A stretch of DNA of 63,045 nt, filler included, from Sphacelaria rigidula (GCA_964200075.2; 10 parts of 10 records of this genome joined end to end with filler, not necessarily neighbours in it), one strand, 5' to 3'. Shown: positions 38,931 through 52,128, counted from the first letter of the whole stretch. Program-made: numbers and translations. The notes: generated from the sequence alone by a model not told the origin.

Positions 38931-39200
38931 TGCAATGCGTCACCGAGGGCGGCGAGCACGTCATCATGTACTTGGACGATGCTATCGCCTTCGATGCCTA
39001 CCTACGGCACATGTCCGCACTTTATGGGAATTCCTTTCTCGCTCGCATACGTATGGTTTGAAAGTATCCCGATCCAAAGATCGCCTGGGGGCGACTGAAA
39101 TGGATTTCCTGGGACATTCCATCTCTCCAGCGGGTACCCACGCGGATACTAACGAAGTCAGGGCGATGACTGCAATGCCCATGCCCACCAACATTTCTCA

Positions 39201-39310
39201 CACGGGTGGCTACTGGGGTGCCTGCAACCTCAAATTTGGACGTTACAGACGTTGCACAAGGCCTGTAACGTCCAAATTTACGGTTACAGGCACCCCAGTG
39301 GCCACCCGTG
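39201..39310. mobile_element. 110-bp hairpin MITE with 2-bp TSD (CA)
   Basis: CACGGGTGGC...GCCACCCGTG near-perfect palindrome; CA at 39199-39200 and 39311-39312; second copy at 43907-44011. Confidence 0.88.
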
Positions 39311-39611
39311 CAACTTCGCTCGCTACTAGGTGGGCTCTTTCACTATCGCAATTTTTTATTCGATCCGTCCAAACGGATTCGTCACATTACAGGTTTACCA
39401 AAAATGGCGCCGCGTTCATTTTCATACAAGACATGGAAGCTATCGTTCGCGATTCGCTGAACACGCTTGACAAAAAAACGGTTCTCTGTTTTCCAGACTA
39501 GGATGAAGTGCAAGATGGCTCTCACCTCTTTCAACTGCACATCGACTGCAGCACCGACGGGTTCGGCGCGGTTCTGAATAAACCTGAACTTGATGGCTTT
39601 GTCCGGCCCAT

Positions 39612-40051
39612 AACACGGGATCTTACAAATTGGGGATGGATCATTTATTGGGGACGAGAACCCGGAGGATTAAATCTTCGTATCCGCACCAAATAGTCGA
39701 AATATGGTTCCATTTCTTCACCTACTGATAGATATTGACAACTGCTACACGCCATAGGAATTTGGATTTCGATCACCGTAATGTTGGGGCCCTAGGTGAA
39801 AAAACATTTCGGAACCATTTTGGCGCCCGCTCGGACATCCGGAATTCCACAAAACTGTTTTCCACCTAGGACCCCAACATTTCGGTGTTCGAAATCCAAA
39901 TTTCTATGGCATGGAGCAATTTTTAATAGCTTTTAGTAGGTGAAGAAATGGAACCATATTTCGAATATTTGGTGCGGATACGAAGATTTTAATTCTCCGG
40001 GTTTCTCATCCCCAATAAATGATCCATCCCCAATTTGTAAGATCCCGTGTT
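39612..40051. mobile_element. 440-bp palindromic MITE with 4-bp TSD (CCAT)
   Basis: AACACGGGATCTTACAAATTGGGGATGGATCATTTATTGGGGA is perfectly inverted at the right end; CCAT at 39608-39611 and 40052-40055. Confidence 0.92.
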
Positions 40052-43000
40052 CCATCCTGTATATCGGCCGTGCCACCCTACCAAACGAGGCAAACTAGAG
40101 CTCACTATAGAGCTGGAAGGCGGAGTCATTACTTGGGCCATAAGCGCCTTCGATAATGTCTCTTCCATGTCCCTTTCCACCTTTACACGAATCACGGCAC
40201 ACTCAAACAACTCACTAAGGTTGGCAAAGATAATCCGTGTGTACAACGCTGGTCGGAATTCTTGACAGCTTACCAGTATACTGTTAAGCACAGCTCAGGC
40301 AAAACGCGAACGCTGACCTTCTTTCCCGCTTGCCCCTGCCCCCAACGGCAGTAGACTTCAGTCTAGCTTACCGATTCACTGAACCCGACGAACCAGGCGT
40401 CTACTCCATCCGGCGTTTTTTAACGCTCATTCACGCCCTTGACTTGCATTGCTCGGGAACGGGTATGCACATGAGAGGCCCTCGCTCCCTACCGTATGAT
40501 GCAATCTTGGATGGGCTAGAGCCCACACCCGCTCATTTCGTCGATTTCCACACTTTCGGTCCTCGCGCGAATATCTCTGCGCCGCCACCCCCGATTACCC
40601 ATCTCATTTCTGATAATACGCGCTCCCGATCTGCCGCCTACGTCAACTCCTCACTTGCTCCGGCGCCACCGACACCACCTACTGCTCCCACGCGCCGCAC
40701 CGCGCCGACCCCCGACGCCCGCGCACCACGCCCTTCGTCAATACCCGCCACGCGCAATGCGCGCAACGAGCGTCGATCACGACCTCCGGCGCGCACCACT
40801 TCAACAGCGCCCTCCGCGGCACCATCAATGCCCACCTTTCCTGCTGCTGGAATGACCGCCTCTCACCCTCATGCCGCTGTGGATATTGACGTGGGCACCC
40901 CCACCGTATCGCCTCTTCCACCACTTTCTGAGCCACCATGCCTGGTCGGCTCTTTGGCGGAAGGTCAACCGCGCGAGTTCCTCGCCAGCTACTCCTACCG
41001 TGATTGGGCTCGTGAATAACAAGCGGAACCATTCTGCCGCCCGTACCTACAGCTTGGCTGTCCTGTCCCTATTCCGGCCGATATTTTGGCGCCGGTTGGT
41101 ACACGGCCACCACCTGACGCCCCCGAGGTGTATGAACTCGAACGCAAGGATGACATTTTCACCACTGATAACGGTATTTAATTGCTTGCCCGTCGCCCTA
41201 CCCCCCAGTTGGATACAACTTCAGCCGCGACCACTGGACGCCATACGCGCCCACTCGATGACGAACCCACCCGCATATGTACATCCAATTTTGATGCGAC
41301 CGTGGGCCACGAAAGTCTGTCACTCTGACTTGTCTTATCACCTTGGTTTCACGCGCACATGAGTGCTACCTGAACGCTTCTACTGATGGATAGGTATGGA
41401 GGTGTCTACCCGTTTTTGGACTCGGTGATGCTTCAAGTATGCCCAGCTCGCAAAACCTCACGGCGGACAATCCGTTGGCCCGTCATTTCTATGGAAATTT
41501 CCAACGCCCCTGGCCACCTCGTTTCGTTCGACTATTTCGGTCCCTCACCGATCACTGATCGTGGCAACACTCTTCATTGACCGCTTAAGCCGCCGTGCGT
41601 CCATGTACGCAGTCACCGCTGGAGACTTCTCAGCCGCAGACCCTACTGTACAAGCTCCTCGGCATTTGCAAGATTGTCCCCAGCGCTCACCACCCCAATG
41701 GGAATGGTGGAACTGAATGGGTTAAGCACAACATGGCCCGGATGTTCTCTATGATTGTCAACGATCATCAAACGATTGGGACCTCCATCTTGCGCATGCT
41801 GTGCTGTCTTCCAACAACTCGATCAACGCCGCTACCGGGCCCTCTCCAAATAAATTACATCTCGGGCGCTACCCTCGTTTGCCCATCACCGTGTTTGAGA
41901 GACACACCTTCGATGGCCACCAAAGCCTGGATCAGGATCAGATATCCTATCATGACCTCGCACGTGCGCGACAGCGCAAAGCTTTCCCCCTCGTGCTTGA
42001 ACAACATGCTATCAACGCCTCGCGCCTAGAGAGACCCAATATTGCTCTCTACAACTTGATGCACAAACATCCTACCTGGAAGGTTGCCGATTGGGTCTGG
42101 GTTTACAGGAGTTTGTAAAAACATCCGTCAAGGCGCCGACAGAGCCGCCAACGAGACAGTCTTGACTGAATTGTCTCTTAACTGGACAGGACCATGAACC
42201 CTCGCCATCGTCACCTGATGGAAAGCCTGTTGGCGACAAACTTCTCTATCTTGACCTCCCCCGCGATCTTCAGGGTCATGACGCTAAATCTCGCGTCTCT
42301 GTGCACCGATGCAAACCTTGCACGAACCCGCATGACACCAGTATCATGCCGAAATATCTGCGTACCAGTCTCACACAGTACGTGCTTAACAACTGTTGAA
42401 CCAAGTCACCGCCTTATCACGTTACCACCGACGACGGAACCGAACAACTTCTCCATCTTGACATGTCCCATATATCTGGCCACCCGATTACTCTCGGCCG
42501 AGGAGACCAAATTGCTGTCATGTACAAGACCCATTCGCAAGGCCTACGTAGAGCGTCCCGGGAATGCGAATCCAACCTTCACTTGCACCTTCGTGCTATC
42601 CTCCTATAGTGGACGCAACCCCCACAGTAACTGTTGCTGACAACAAGGAATATCGCAACATGCGCCGCGGCGCTGCAGCCCGCGAACTCCACTGTGCCAA
42701 AGGGTTAGCTTTGTTGCTGACGGTTACAAGTTGGTACCCACCACACAATGAGACGGGCAGATCCGCGCAAAACAGGGGGTTCTCCCTAAAGGTGCCTATC
42801 TGTGGTACAGAGGCAGCGACAACCTCTTGTGGTTGGGTGAAATTATCTCCGTCGACTCCCTCGCGGCTAATACACACATCGTGCGCTTCATCAATGACCC
42901 CGGGCCTGTGCAGCTCAAGCTCCGCCCAGCATGATGAACTATCAGCCCCTGAGCGCCACGTGGTTCTTGGTGCCTACATCGGCTCAAGTCCAAAGGCCTC

Positions 43001-43906
43001 TGCCGAGGCATCCAGCGCGATGCCGATCGCACACACGACGTCAACGCACCGCCTTGAAGCTTTCGCTTACCTTCTTGCCTCCACCAGCGACTTTCATATT
43101 TCCTCCCAGTTTGGTTCTGCCACCTTCATCGATCTTCGTTGCACAGGAACGACCCTCTTCACGCCACCACCACTGTCAACATCCTACTAACGGAGCTTAT
43201 TCGGAGCGCCACCAGCAGACCACGACCGACGCTTGCCTGAAGCACCTCCATCCACGTCCACCGGCACGTGTGCATGCTCTTGATTCGTATGGCCGACGCT
43301 AGACCCTTTTGAGTCTTCAACTTGCTGGTTCCTTGCTTCCTTCAGTTGGGCCCACCATGCACTCGTTGCGTATGGTTCGCCTTTTGACGTAGAGTCTGGA
43401 CTCACCTACGTAGCCCTTGTTTTCCCTTTACCTCCCCGACCTGCCTCTTCTTCTAGCTAGCGCATCATAGCATTGTGTGCTCTTCCGTTTGTTCGCTAGC
43501 CCAGAGCAGTGTTGTGTGCTCCTAAGCACAATTACGCAATTGCGCTTTCTGAAGCAACATTCGCTTTTCTTGTTTGACGTGTAGGAGGATCGGACAAAGG
43601 ATTGGACATTGTCTTAGTGGTTACTGTGCTTCTATTCGCCCAGGGTCAGGTGTCTCGTTTCGTTCGCCTTTCTTTCCACTCATGACTTCACGAGTGAAGA
43701 AAAACCTCAATTTCCGTTGGTTTTTAAAATCACTCGTCGCAACAGTAATAATGGAGGCTCGTCTCGGTGGGCCAGTTTCATGAGATGGAGAGGCGTTTAC
43801 AGAATCTCCTCCCCAGACCCGTAGATCACGAGATTTGTACAGATCAGGTTCTACCCGTAGAATAATAGGCACAGGGAATCTTCCAGATTCCCGGGTTAGG
43901 TTAGTA

Positions 43907-44011
43907 CACGGGTGGCCACTGAGGTGCCTGCTACCTCAAATTTGGACAGACGTTGCACAAGGTCTGTAACGTCCAAATTTGAGATAGCAGGCACCCCAAT
44001 AGCCATCCGTT
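43907..44011. mobile_element. Second copy of the 110-bp hairpin MITE
   Basis: CACGGGTGGCCACTGAGGTGCCTG...CAGGCACCCCAATAGCCATCCGT. Confidence 0.8.
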
Positions 44012-45187
44012 CATGCAGATTAGGCTTGTAACAGCAAATTGTGCGAATTGAGGTTTAACTCTGAGATGAGGCTAAAGTGGGCAACCCGACTTGCGACCTG
44101 TTTNNNNNNNNNNNNNNNNNNNNNNNNNNNNNNNNNNNNNNNNNNNNTTAATTAATTAANNNNNNNNNNNNNNNNNNNNNNNNNNNNNNNNNNNNNNNNN
44201 NNNCGACGCGCTGTGAGTTGTGGCGTCCGTGAACGGCAAATGAGCGGGAAAAGAGCCGAATGTGTGGGCGCCATGGTTGGAGTTGGCGCCTAGACTCCCT
44301 TGCGCGCGATGTGCCGCATCAGGTACAGTGTAGAGAGTGCTGGCCTAGCAAAGGTACGTTCTCGGCCGATCGGTGGCCCAGATGAGGTACGATTGAAAAA
44401 TAGTTCCTAGATCAGGTATACCTTGGCGAATTTTGGCCCACAAAAGGTAGGTGGTTTCTACAGGCGAGATGTCCGTTTTCGCGTGGCCACATCTCTCGAG
44501 TAACATGTTTTTCCCCGGGTTACGGTTAAGGACTACCCTCCTTGCGGTCTAAGGGTCAACGCTGAGTCACAAATGAAACGGCAAGTAGCCCATATGTTAC
44601 GAGCACCCCCTTGCTCGTCGTCATGGAAGCATATCTTGCGTCAGGCAAAAGCTTCTGATGTCTTTGCAGAGTTGTTCACGATCGAGAGAAGGAAAGGTAC
44701 GTCTCCTGTCCCCGATGCCCATTGGCTGTACATCAGAAGCAGCGCATCGCAGCTCATAGCGTACAGTATGTCAGCCCCCGTGTGGGTCACGCCAGCAACA
44801 GCTAAGCTACCGCCGTAGTTGTATTGCTTCACTCAGCATGCCAAGAAGGTCTCTATGCAAGTGGCTTCTATAGTACATGGTCATACGCGCAATCTATTCC
44901 GTTGTCCGGGCGGCAAGCATCTATACATCATGATACTTGGGATAACACTCAGACACACGCCTGCTTATATTTTAGGGAGTTACAGAAACAAATATCTGAA
45001 GTTGCTTACGTTTGTCAAAATGTGTGTGCAAAAACGCCAAGTTCCCGAACGGTGGTTGAACCCCTTCTCAATGTCGAACCCCGTTGTCTAGGAGATTCGG
45101 TAAGCAGGACAACAGGAACGCAGCGTCGCATGTAACACTTCGGCTACACGTATCGCATTTAAAAAGAGCGTAGAAAGTCCAACTTGC

Positions 45188-45370
45188 CTTTACAAATTTC
45201 TCCTCGAGATCTTCATCCAGCAAATGCACAGGGGGCGGAAGTTTCCGGCCACCTGCTACACCACGCCCAGAGATGGATCTCGGACAGCGAACAACTTGAG
45301 CGGTCGCAGAACCAGGAACAAGAGGTGATAGCCGTGACAGCACTGCCGCTGTCAATGTCCGCATTTTCAT
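45188..45370 (-). CDS. First exon of a probable mitochondrial peptidyl-tRNA hydrolase / class I release factor-like protein (C12orf65/mtRF-R-like)
   Basis: MKMRTLTAAVLSRLSP... (Arg/Ser-rich, acid-free presequence-like) then LLDEDLEEKFVK, the segment that precedes GxGxGGQ in C12orf65-type proteins; the GGQ exon was not found before the contig end. Confidence 0.65.
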
Positions 45371-46114
45371 GAAATGCACGAAACAAAATCCTTAACTGAA
45401 GCAGGTGGTCGTGAAGAAAGGCTGTACGTTAAAGGCTTCCGCACGTATCGTGAAACATGCTCTGCGAGACCTGCCGCGAAGCGCTCTTCGCTCTCCTACC
45501 ACGATCATCCCGACGTATTTTATTTCATCCTGTGAAGTCGACACAGGCCGTATCAATCAGACCCGTAGTCGACAAACTGTAACTTGGTTAGACTTACCCC
45601 GACTGTTGTTGCAACCCAACAGACCCTTCAACCGATCATTTCAACAAGGTTCAGGTAAACACAGGACATGCTCACGATGGAGGGAGTTGGAGTACAACTA
45701 CGTGAACATTTGGCGTGTTTCTGTGAAAAGTGCAGGGTGTAGCAACACGATGATAAGGGTAAATCATCAGCCAGTCTCACACACACCACGCTCAGCACGT
45801 ATTTTGTACCATCCGCCCGTGCACGGCGGAAGATTTCACATGATACTGATGAACCGAGCTAGGCGTCCAGCAGACGACTTCGACACACAGAGTGGTACTA
45901 CTGTTGTAGTCGTTGTCATCCCCCGTGTTGTTCGCGAATGAACTGGCCGCATGGTTGCATTTTCGGTCTTTGAGGTAGGATATAATAATGCGACTGCTGC
46001 TTTTGTCGCATCCTGGTGCCGCCCGCCCCATGTCCCAGGTGCTACGAACTACGAACACCAGAAACCAATTTCACTAACCGTGCCTACTTGTTTCGCATTT
46101 TTGCTGCCGCAACC

Positions 46115-46470
46115 CGCTCTGTACGCCGCCCTCTTCAGGCTCGTCTGTTTATGATTGGAATAGATTTGTACTACACTGTGCCGTAAACGTGGAGGTTCAT
46201 CAGAGGAGAAGAGCGATGGTAACAGTAATCGGCGTTTTGTACTCACGAAACATCATGCACTATACTCGTGCAACGTTCATGTCCATGGCCATCCGCGCTC
46301 TCTACGCCGCCCTCTTCAGGCTCGTCTCTTCATAGTTGGAATAGGCTTTTACTATACAGTACCGTGAAAGTGAAGGTTCATCACGGGAGGAGGGCGATGT
46401 TAACAAAGATCGACGTTTGGGATTCAAACACATCATGTACCGTACAACGTTCATGACCCTAGGCATCCGC
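46115..46470. repeat. Diverged tandem duplication, about 180-bp unit x2
   Basis: TACGCCGCCCTCTTCAGGCTCGTCT...CAACGTTCATG...CATCCGC repeated at about 46122 and 46302. Confidence 0.8.
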
Positions 46471-47408
46471 AGCTAGAAGTAATTACCTACTGCTTGGATG
46501 TCATTAGATCCCATGACCCGCTGGTACGTAGTGTGCATCGTAATCAAGTGCAAATGCTCGAAAGGGCCATAGTTCTTCATATTTCAACGCGTGCTGCATT
46601 GCATGCTTCGGCACGAACCACCGCCACCGAACAGAGAACAGCGCCTCGAACAAATGAAAGATTTCCAACTGCCATGCTGACAACAATGTCACTGCGTCAA
46701 GGTGCTCAAATCGGATACTATACAAACCATTCAACACGTAGTAATTCAAGCTGTAATACAAACCCGATGAACAGCTCTCTGGAATACCTGCGTCACTGCT
46801 GGCGTGAACGTGGACATGTGAGGTGTCCTGCTGCCATACATTTACGCGCCACTCGTAGCGGCAAAAAAATCATTCGCCACTTTTATGTTATATTACACCA
46901 CAAATAAACAAAATCTTAACCGCAACACGAGCCCACCACACGTGGCCCGGGTCGGATCAACAGTGTCAACCATTGCTTCCTGAGCTTGACAAAGATCTAT
47001 ATTCACCCCCTGCCCCCGCGCCCTCTCCCAACTAGACCAGACGACATATTTATTGAAAGACACAGCTCGTTGGTCAATATCATTGATAGGTCCTCATGTC
47101 CGAAATGAAAAGCCTGGCACCACATGGTTGATAGCACCACCAACCTGTTAGTTGCACATCACCTCAAAACTGCTTTTCCACCAGCTTCCCATCAGATCTC
47201 CCAGCCACAAACTACACCAACAGCGTCCAGTGTGTTGCCAAAATGGCGTTGTTCAACTACACCCCCCGCGCCGACCCCCCCTGCTCGGCCCTCGAATCTT
47301 GTGCCGGATCGTAAAACAAAGAACAATCCAGAGGTGAAAGGTACACATGGTTCACCCCGATCAAGGCCAACCAACATGTGTCACTCCGAGATTCCACTGC
47401 GTCATCAA

Positions 47409-50254
47409 TCACTTCGTCCTCTTGTCGACGGAGTGCAACGAGTGCACTCCACCCTCTCGTTGCGCAGCCGGCGATCTGAGCTCGATCCTCAGGCTTCCGT
47501 CCATGAGAGCTGTGTGCAACTCAGTCATGGACCGCACCCCTACATCCTGTTCAGTCCAAAGTACGACAAGGGGTGAGCAAAGCCATTTTCGGTTTAAATG
47601 TGTGGTGTCAAATGGCAGCTTGGAGAATCACGAACCAAGACATACTAAATCAACCAAAGACGGACTGTTCCTGGCTCGTGCAGTGTTACAACTATACCTC
47701 GACTTCCGAGTATCATTTCATCATCCGCGTATTCACGTTATGAGTTCTAAATGTGAGTCGCGTTGATTTACACGTGGGAGAGTGCGGGGCTGCCGAGTAC
47801 GCGATACGCAGGAACCATAAGTACAATATATTAGCGTGGATTCCGTGCGGTTGAAGACGCTTCGTATGTTTGACCGAATCAGGATCTCCCCTAGGCACGG
47901 TTGTAATTTTTTAGGTAAGCGCGCCCCCCCCAAGAGATACTCTGTCCTCTCAATCTTTTTGTCAAACGTTACTGTTTCTTGACACTTCATTCGCAGATAT
48001 AGAGTGAAATTATTCTTCGACTCATTTTTAGAAGGCGTGGCCGACGTACACCTCTCTAAGCGTAATTAACACCGCTCTACATCGACCACCCATACATGGC
48101 ATATATAACGGTGGCGGTGGTCTAGTGAAGCCATGGTACTGATTCGAGCCAAAAAGCATGCTGAGCAAGTGGCGCGAGCATTGGGACTGTAAGCCCTGCA
48201 GAGATCTCAACATGATGCCTCAGCTGGTAGGGTAGATTGTCGCACCCTTAATCCCTCCCCTTTCTCGGGAGAGCTATGGCATGCATGATCATGAGTACAC
48301 CCTTCCTCGGGATGAGTCCGTCGTCTCAAGGAATCAGCCCATCCCTCCCCCAGCACACCCCTTACAATTTGGTATCGGCGATTGGGTCATGACTATCAGT
48401 ACTCCCGAAACGCGTCGAATCTCGTCAAACAATTTTCACTCAGGCAATCTCTTCTTTCTACTCACTTTCTCGCGCGATATACAACGGAACTCAGAAACTT
48501 CACACAAAACAAACTCGAACTGGACACATTCGGCGAGAACCGAGCCCACATTTTGTATGAGCTAGCCGTGTCAGTTGTTACCATTTTAATTTACACCACC
48601 CGTACGCAGCGGCAAGCGTTATCACGTTATCACCTATTTTTCGACAGTGAATTTTGGGATCCGAGTTGAAGAGAACTCTCTCGCCACCTGCTATGCCTTT
48701 TTGCATTGCGGTTTATTGAAAGTTTCGATTTTCAATTCGTTTGTGGCAAAACATATTTTTTTAAGACGTAATTTCAGCTCCCATGTCGCTGTCCTTCGAC
48801 TGGCCGCCGCTGGCCATCAACTATTCGTCAAACATTACCACGCCCTCCAGTCTAATCTGACCACTACACTGCCTTGACTGAGATTATTTTTGCGGAGCGC
48901 TGCGGCGCGTATGTCGAACTGAAGAGCTTCAGCACACACCAAGTATAGACGAACGATGACACAACATGATGCGTTGCATTCGAGTGTGGCGCATGTATAT
49001 AACCAGACAAATGAGGAGGATGGCATATTGCGAAAAAATTGGCGTATGACGCATACGTGATGGAGGATGACATAACCATCACCTGCAAGCCGTTCCTGAT
49101 GCCCTTTTTGAGGTACGGGAGGTACTTCCTCAGCGATCCCTTGTCCACCACAGCTCCACTCACCCCCTGGGCAACCTTAACCTTCGCACCTGACGCGAAG
49201 TACCTGGTGACAGAAGAAGCGATACCACACAACAGAAAGCAAAGGTTGATGTAAAATAGTCACTGTCGTCCAATGTAGGGGTACATAGACGCTTGTGGTC
49301 CGTGCATTTTAGCAAGTGGTTTCTACAACGCCGGACAGGTAGATGCCAAAAACGAGTGACGCACACGTGAGGTGTAAAAAATACCGCCGGATCCTGGAGC
49401 AGTGACAATGCGCAGAACATGCTGCAGATAAACACATATTCCGCACGTGCTGTTTGAAACGAACGTGGCAGCAACACTGCACAAGACGGCGCGTTTGTAT
49501 AGCGGGGGCGGTACTCACCTCTTTTCCGAACCCTTGGACATGGCCTCAATGGAGCCCATACCACGATAACGCTTCAGCCTTACGCCATCCTGGAAGAAGT
49601 ACTCCCCCGGTGCTTCCTCAGTCCCCGCCAGCATCGAACCCATCATCACCACCCCTGCACCGATGCTCAGAGCCTGGACGAAAAAAAGCAATTCCCATCA
49701 CCATTTCGGCCATGTCAATTTGGGAAAACACTACAACCCTTGGCTGCGAAGGTGTCAATTTGTGTTCACGAATCCAACTGTCGACGCTCCGTGACTCATG
49801 TTTCATCTACCAATGTCCCTGAATGATGTGATTTTACTCGTCGTCGGAAGGTCAAGTATGAAGTAAAAGTGTTCGAGCGTCAATAATGCTGCAGATGGCT
49901 TTCTGATACTTCCCGTCGCATACGCTAAATTTGATGTCATGCGCCTCTTGATTCTATGTCGTCATCCGCAGTATTGTGAATGATGACATCACGGGGTAAG
50001 TTGCATGCTCAAATGTACGGCCTTCCGACGGCAAGTATGTCAATCGAGTGAGAACTTTGAGAAGAGATCAACTCATTTCAAAGACCAGCGCAGTGTAAAA
50101 AACAACAGCAATCGTTCACATTGATCTCCCTTGCCTTTACGATGTGACCGGTGGCTGCGACGCCTCCATCTGCCCACACGGGGACGCCCAGCTTGCGCGA
50201 TATGCGGCTCGTGTTGTACACGGCAGATGCCTGAGCACGTCCCACCGCACACAC
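47409..50254 (-). CDS. IMPDH: Inosine-5'-monophosphate dehydrogenase, last four exons: 50254-50135, 49673-49519, 49203-49083, 47546-47409
   Basis: [13 protein letters not shown]...WADGG...[50 protein letters not shown]...|YF...[15 protein letters not shown]...|DVG...[18 protein letters not shown]...*; hallmark IMPDH motifs with concordant phases. Confidence 0.96.
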
Positions 50255-50567
50255 CTGCACCACACAAGAACGAGTTTTCCACGGTTCGAACGAATCATCA
50301 CGAGTTGGAATCACCAAATCCATGATTTCTTCGGCCTGATTGCCCAAAGGGGAGAAGAAGGCTGATCGCTGGTCCACGGGGTATCCACGCAACTTTTGCG
50401 CCATTCCACGTGTCTGGNNNNNNNNNNNNNNNNNNNNNNNNNNNNNNNNNNNNNNNNNNNNTTAATTAATTAANNNNNNNNNNNNNNNNNNNNNNNNNNN
50501 NNNNNNNNNNNNNNNNNCCCGTTTCTCCTCACTCGTGTGTCTATATCTCTTAATGTAAATATATATA

Positions 50568-50611
<44 letters not shown>

Positions 50612-51597
50612 GTCCCGCGTTGTCTGTGTTGTACGTTTCCCGATTCCCTTCCACGCCCTACTTACTGTGTTGCACTTGTGCGCATTTGCTGCAAGAACGC
50701 GGGTGTGAACTGCAGGTCCTGACGTGACGGTATATAACACCCCCATTTATATAATAAGCTGCAGGCATCCACATTGTATAACCATACGTAGCGCGTATGC
50801 AGCACGAACTCTGCAGTATACGGCACCGCATGTATGAGCACGGTATGGTACTGTCCTGCATGGTATTGTACAGTCCAGTACAGTATACTGTTGTGATTTT
50901 ATATCGCCATCAAAGTACAGTATAAATTGCGATGAGATTTTCTCGAGTTTTTTACTTTGAATGTATTTCGCGAGTCTTTTTGGTCGACATGGGACTACGG
51001 GGTTTTGCTGAGCTACGTACATAGAATCGCCGTTCACAGAATTCCGCTTGCACTACGAACCCCACACTATTTATTCCCGGCCACGACCGCAACCCTGTAG
51101 CAAAGAGCACGACTTGCGTGCAACAGGGATATTTTATGGGTACACACTGCCGTAATTGGGTATTAGAGAGTTTCGGAAGATGTTTTTCTCATCATGGTCA
51201 GAGTGCAGAGTGGAAGCTTCGAAACTTCAGTTATACAAACAACAAAGTACAGACATTACGGTATGCAGCACTTTAAAACAGCAGACCTCGGCCGCATTGC
51301 GATGATTTCTCCACATGCCACCCATTACGGTGGTACAAGACGTCATGATCTCCCAAAGGATGGGAATACAGCCAGGGGTAGTACTACTTGTGCGCTGTAG
51401 ACTACGAATCGTTTCCACCATCTTCTTCCAGCTGAGGCTGACAAGAGTGAGGAGCTGCACCCAAGTCAACATGTACCCGTCGAGCATTTGAATATTCACG
51501 AAACACTACCAAGCGAATGATGATGCCATGGCGGCGTCAGGGAGGTGTTCTGATTGCGATGCCAAGCTTTTCTACTTAATGTATTGACTTTGGACTG

Positions 51598-51814
51598 TGT
51601 AATGCGTGAGACGACCGCGTGCTTAGAGGACCGCGCCGAGGCTCGAAACTCCCCGCGATAGACGTTTTCCAAAACCAATCGGGCTAGTCCCTGCAGGTAC
51701 CACGCCCCTGACCCCAACCCTAACACTAACCCTAACCCTAATCCTAACCCTAACCATATGGATGTTCAAATTCCGATGCGGTCCTCTAAGCACGCGGTCC
51801 TCCCACGCATTACA
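51598..51814. mobile_element. Complete MITE with about 37-bp TIRs and internal (CCCTAA)n
   Basis: TGTAATGCGTGAGACGACCGCGTGCTTAGAGGACCGC ... GCGGTCCTCTAAGCACGCGGTCCTCCCACGCATTACA; about 6 CCCTAA-like units at 51716-51755. Confidence 0.85.
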
Positions 51815-52128
51815 GACTCGACGTGACCATGGCGGTGAAGGTGGGCGTGGTTTTTTCCATTCCGCTATGAGCTCTGAAGAGGAACAACGGTTTTCAGAGT
51901 GAAGTGGTGCAACGGCACTCTGACTCTGAAAAAATCGCTCTGAAGAAAACTTCAAAGCGGAAAGTGCATCGTTACCGGCTATTTTTCCTTCCACTCTGAC
52001 TCATGAGATTTGAAAAAACGTTTTCCGAAACTCTCTATTATGTATTTCTTACTGGTCAACACTTGAGCATCATCTTTCATGGTCGGAAACGGTGCAACGG
52101 AACCACGCGGGGTAGTGTGGACAACCTC

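Larger units (their letters stand above)
38935..43300 (+). mobile_element. Degenerate Ty3/Gypsy pol (RT, RNase H, integrase, chromodomain-like)
   Basis: RT VIMYLDD...MDFLGHSIS; thumb QLRSLLGGLFHYR after MITE removal; RNase H LHIDCSTDGFGAVL...ELEGGVITWAI; integrase VSFDYFGP...HHPNGNGGTE; RT-RH-INT order is Gypsy; many stops and frameshifts. Confidence 0.9.

Noticed and set aside
44640..44830. Possible small exons on either strand (e.g. plus 44670-44696)
   Set aside because: Isolated splice-like sites with no chain or homology; not the missing GGQ exon.
45951..46154. Thioredoxin-like ORF (FVASWCRP)
   Set aside because: No CxxC and no further similarity.
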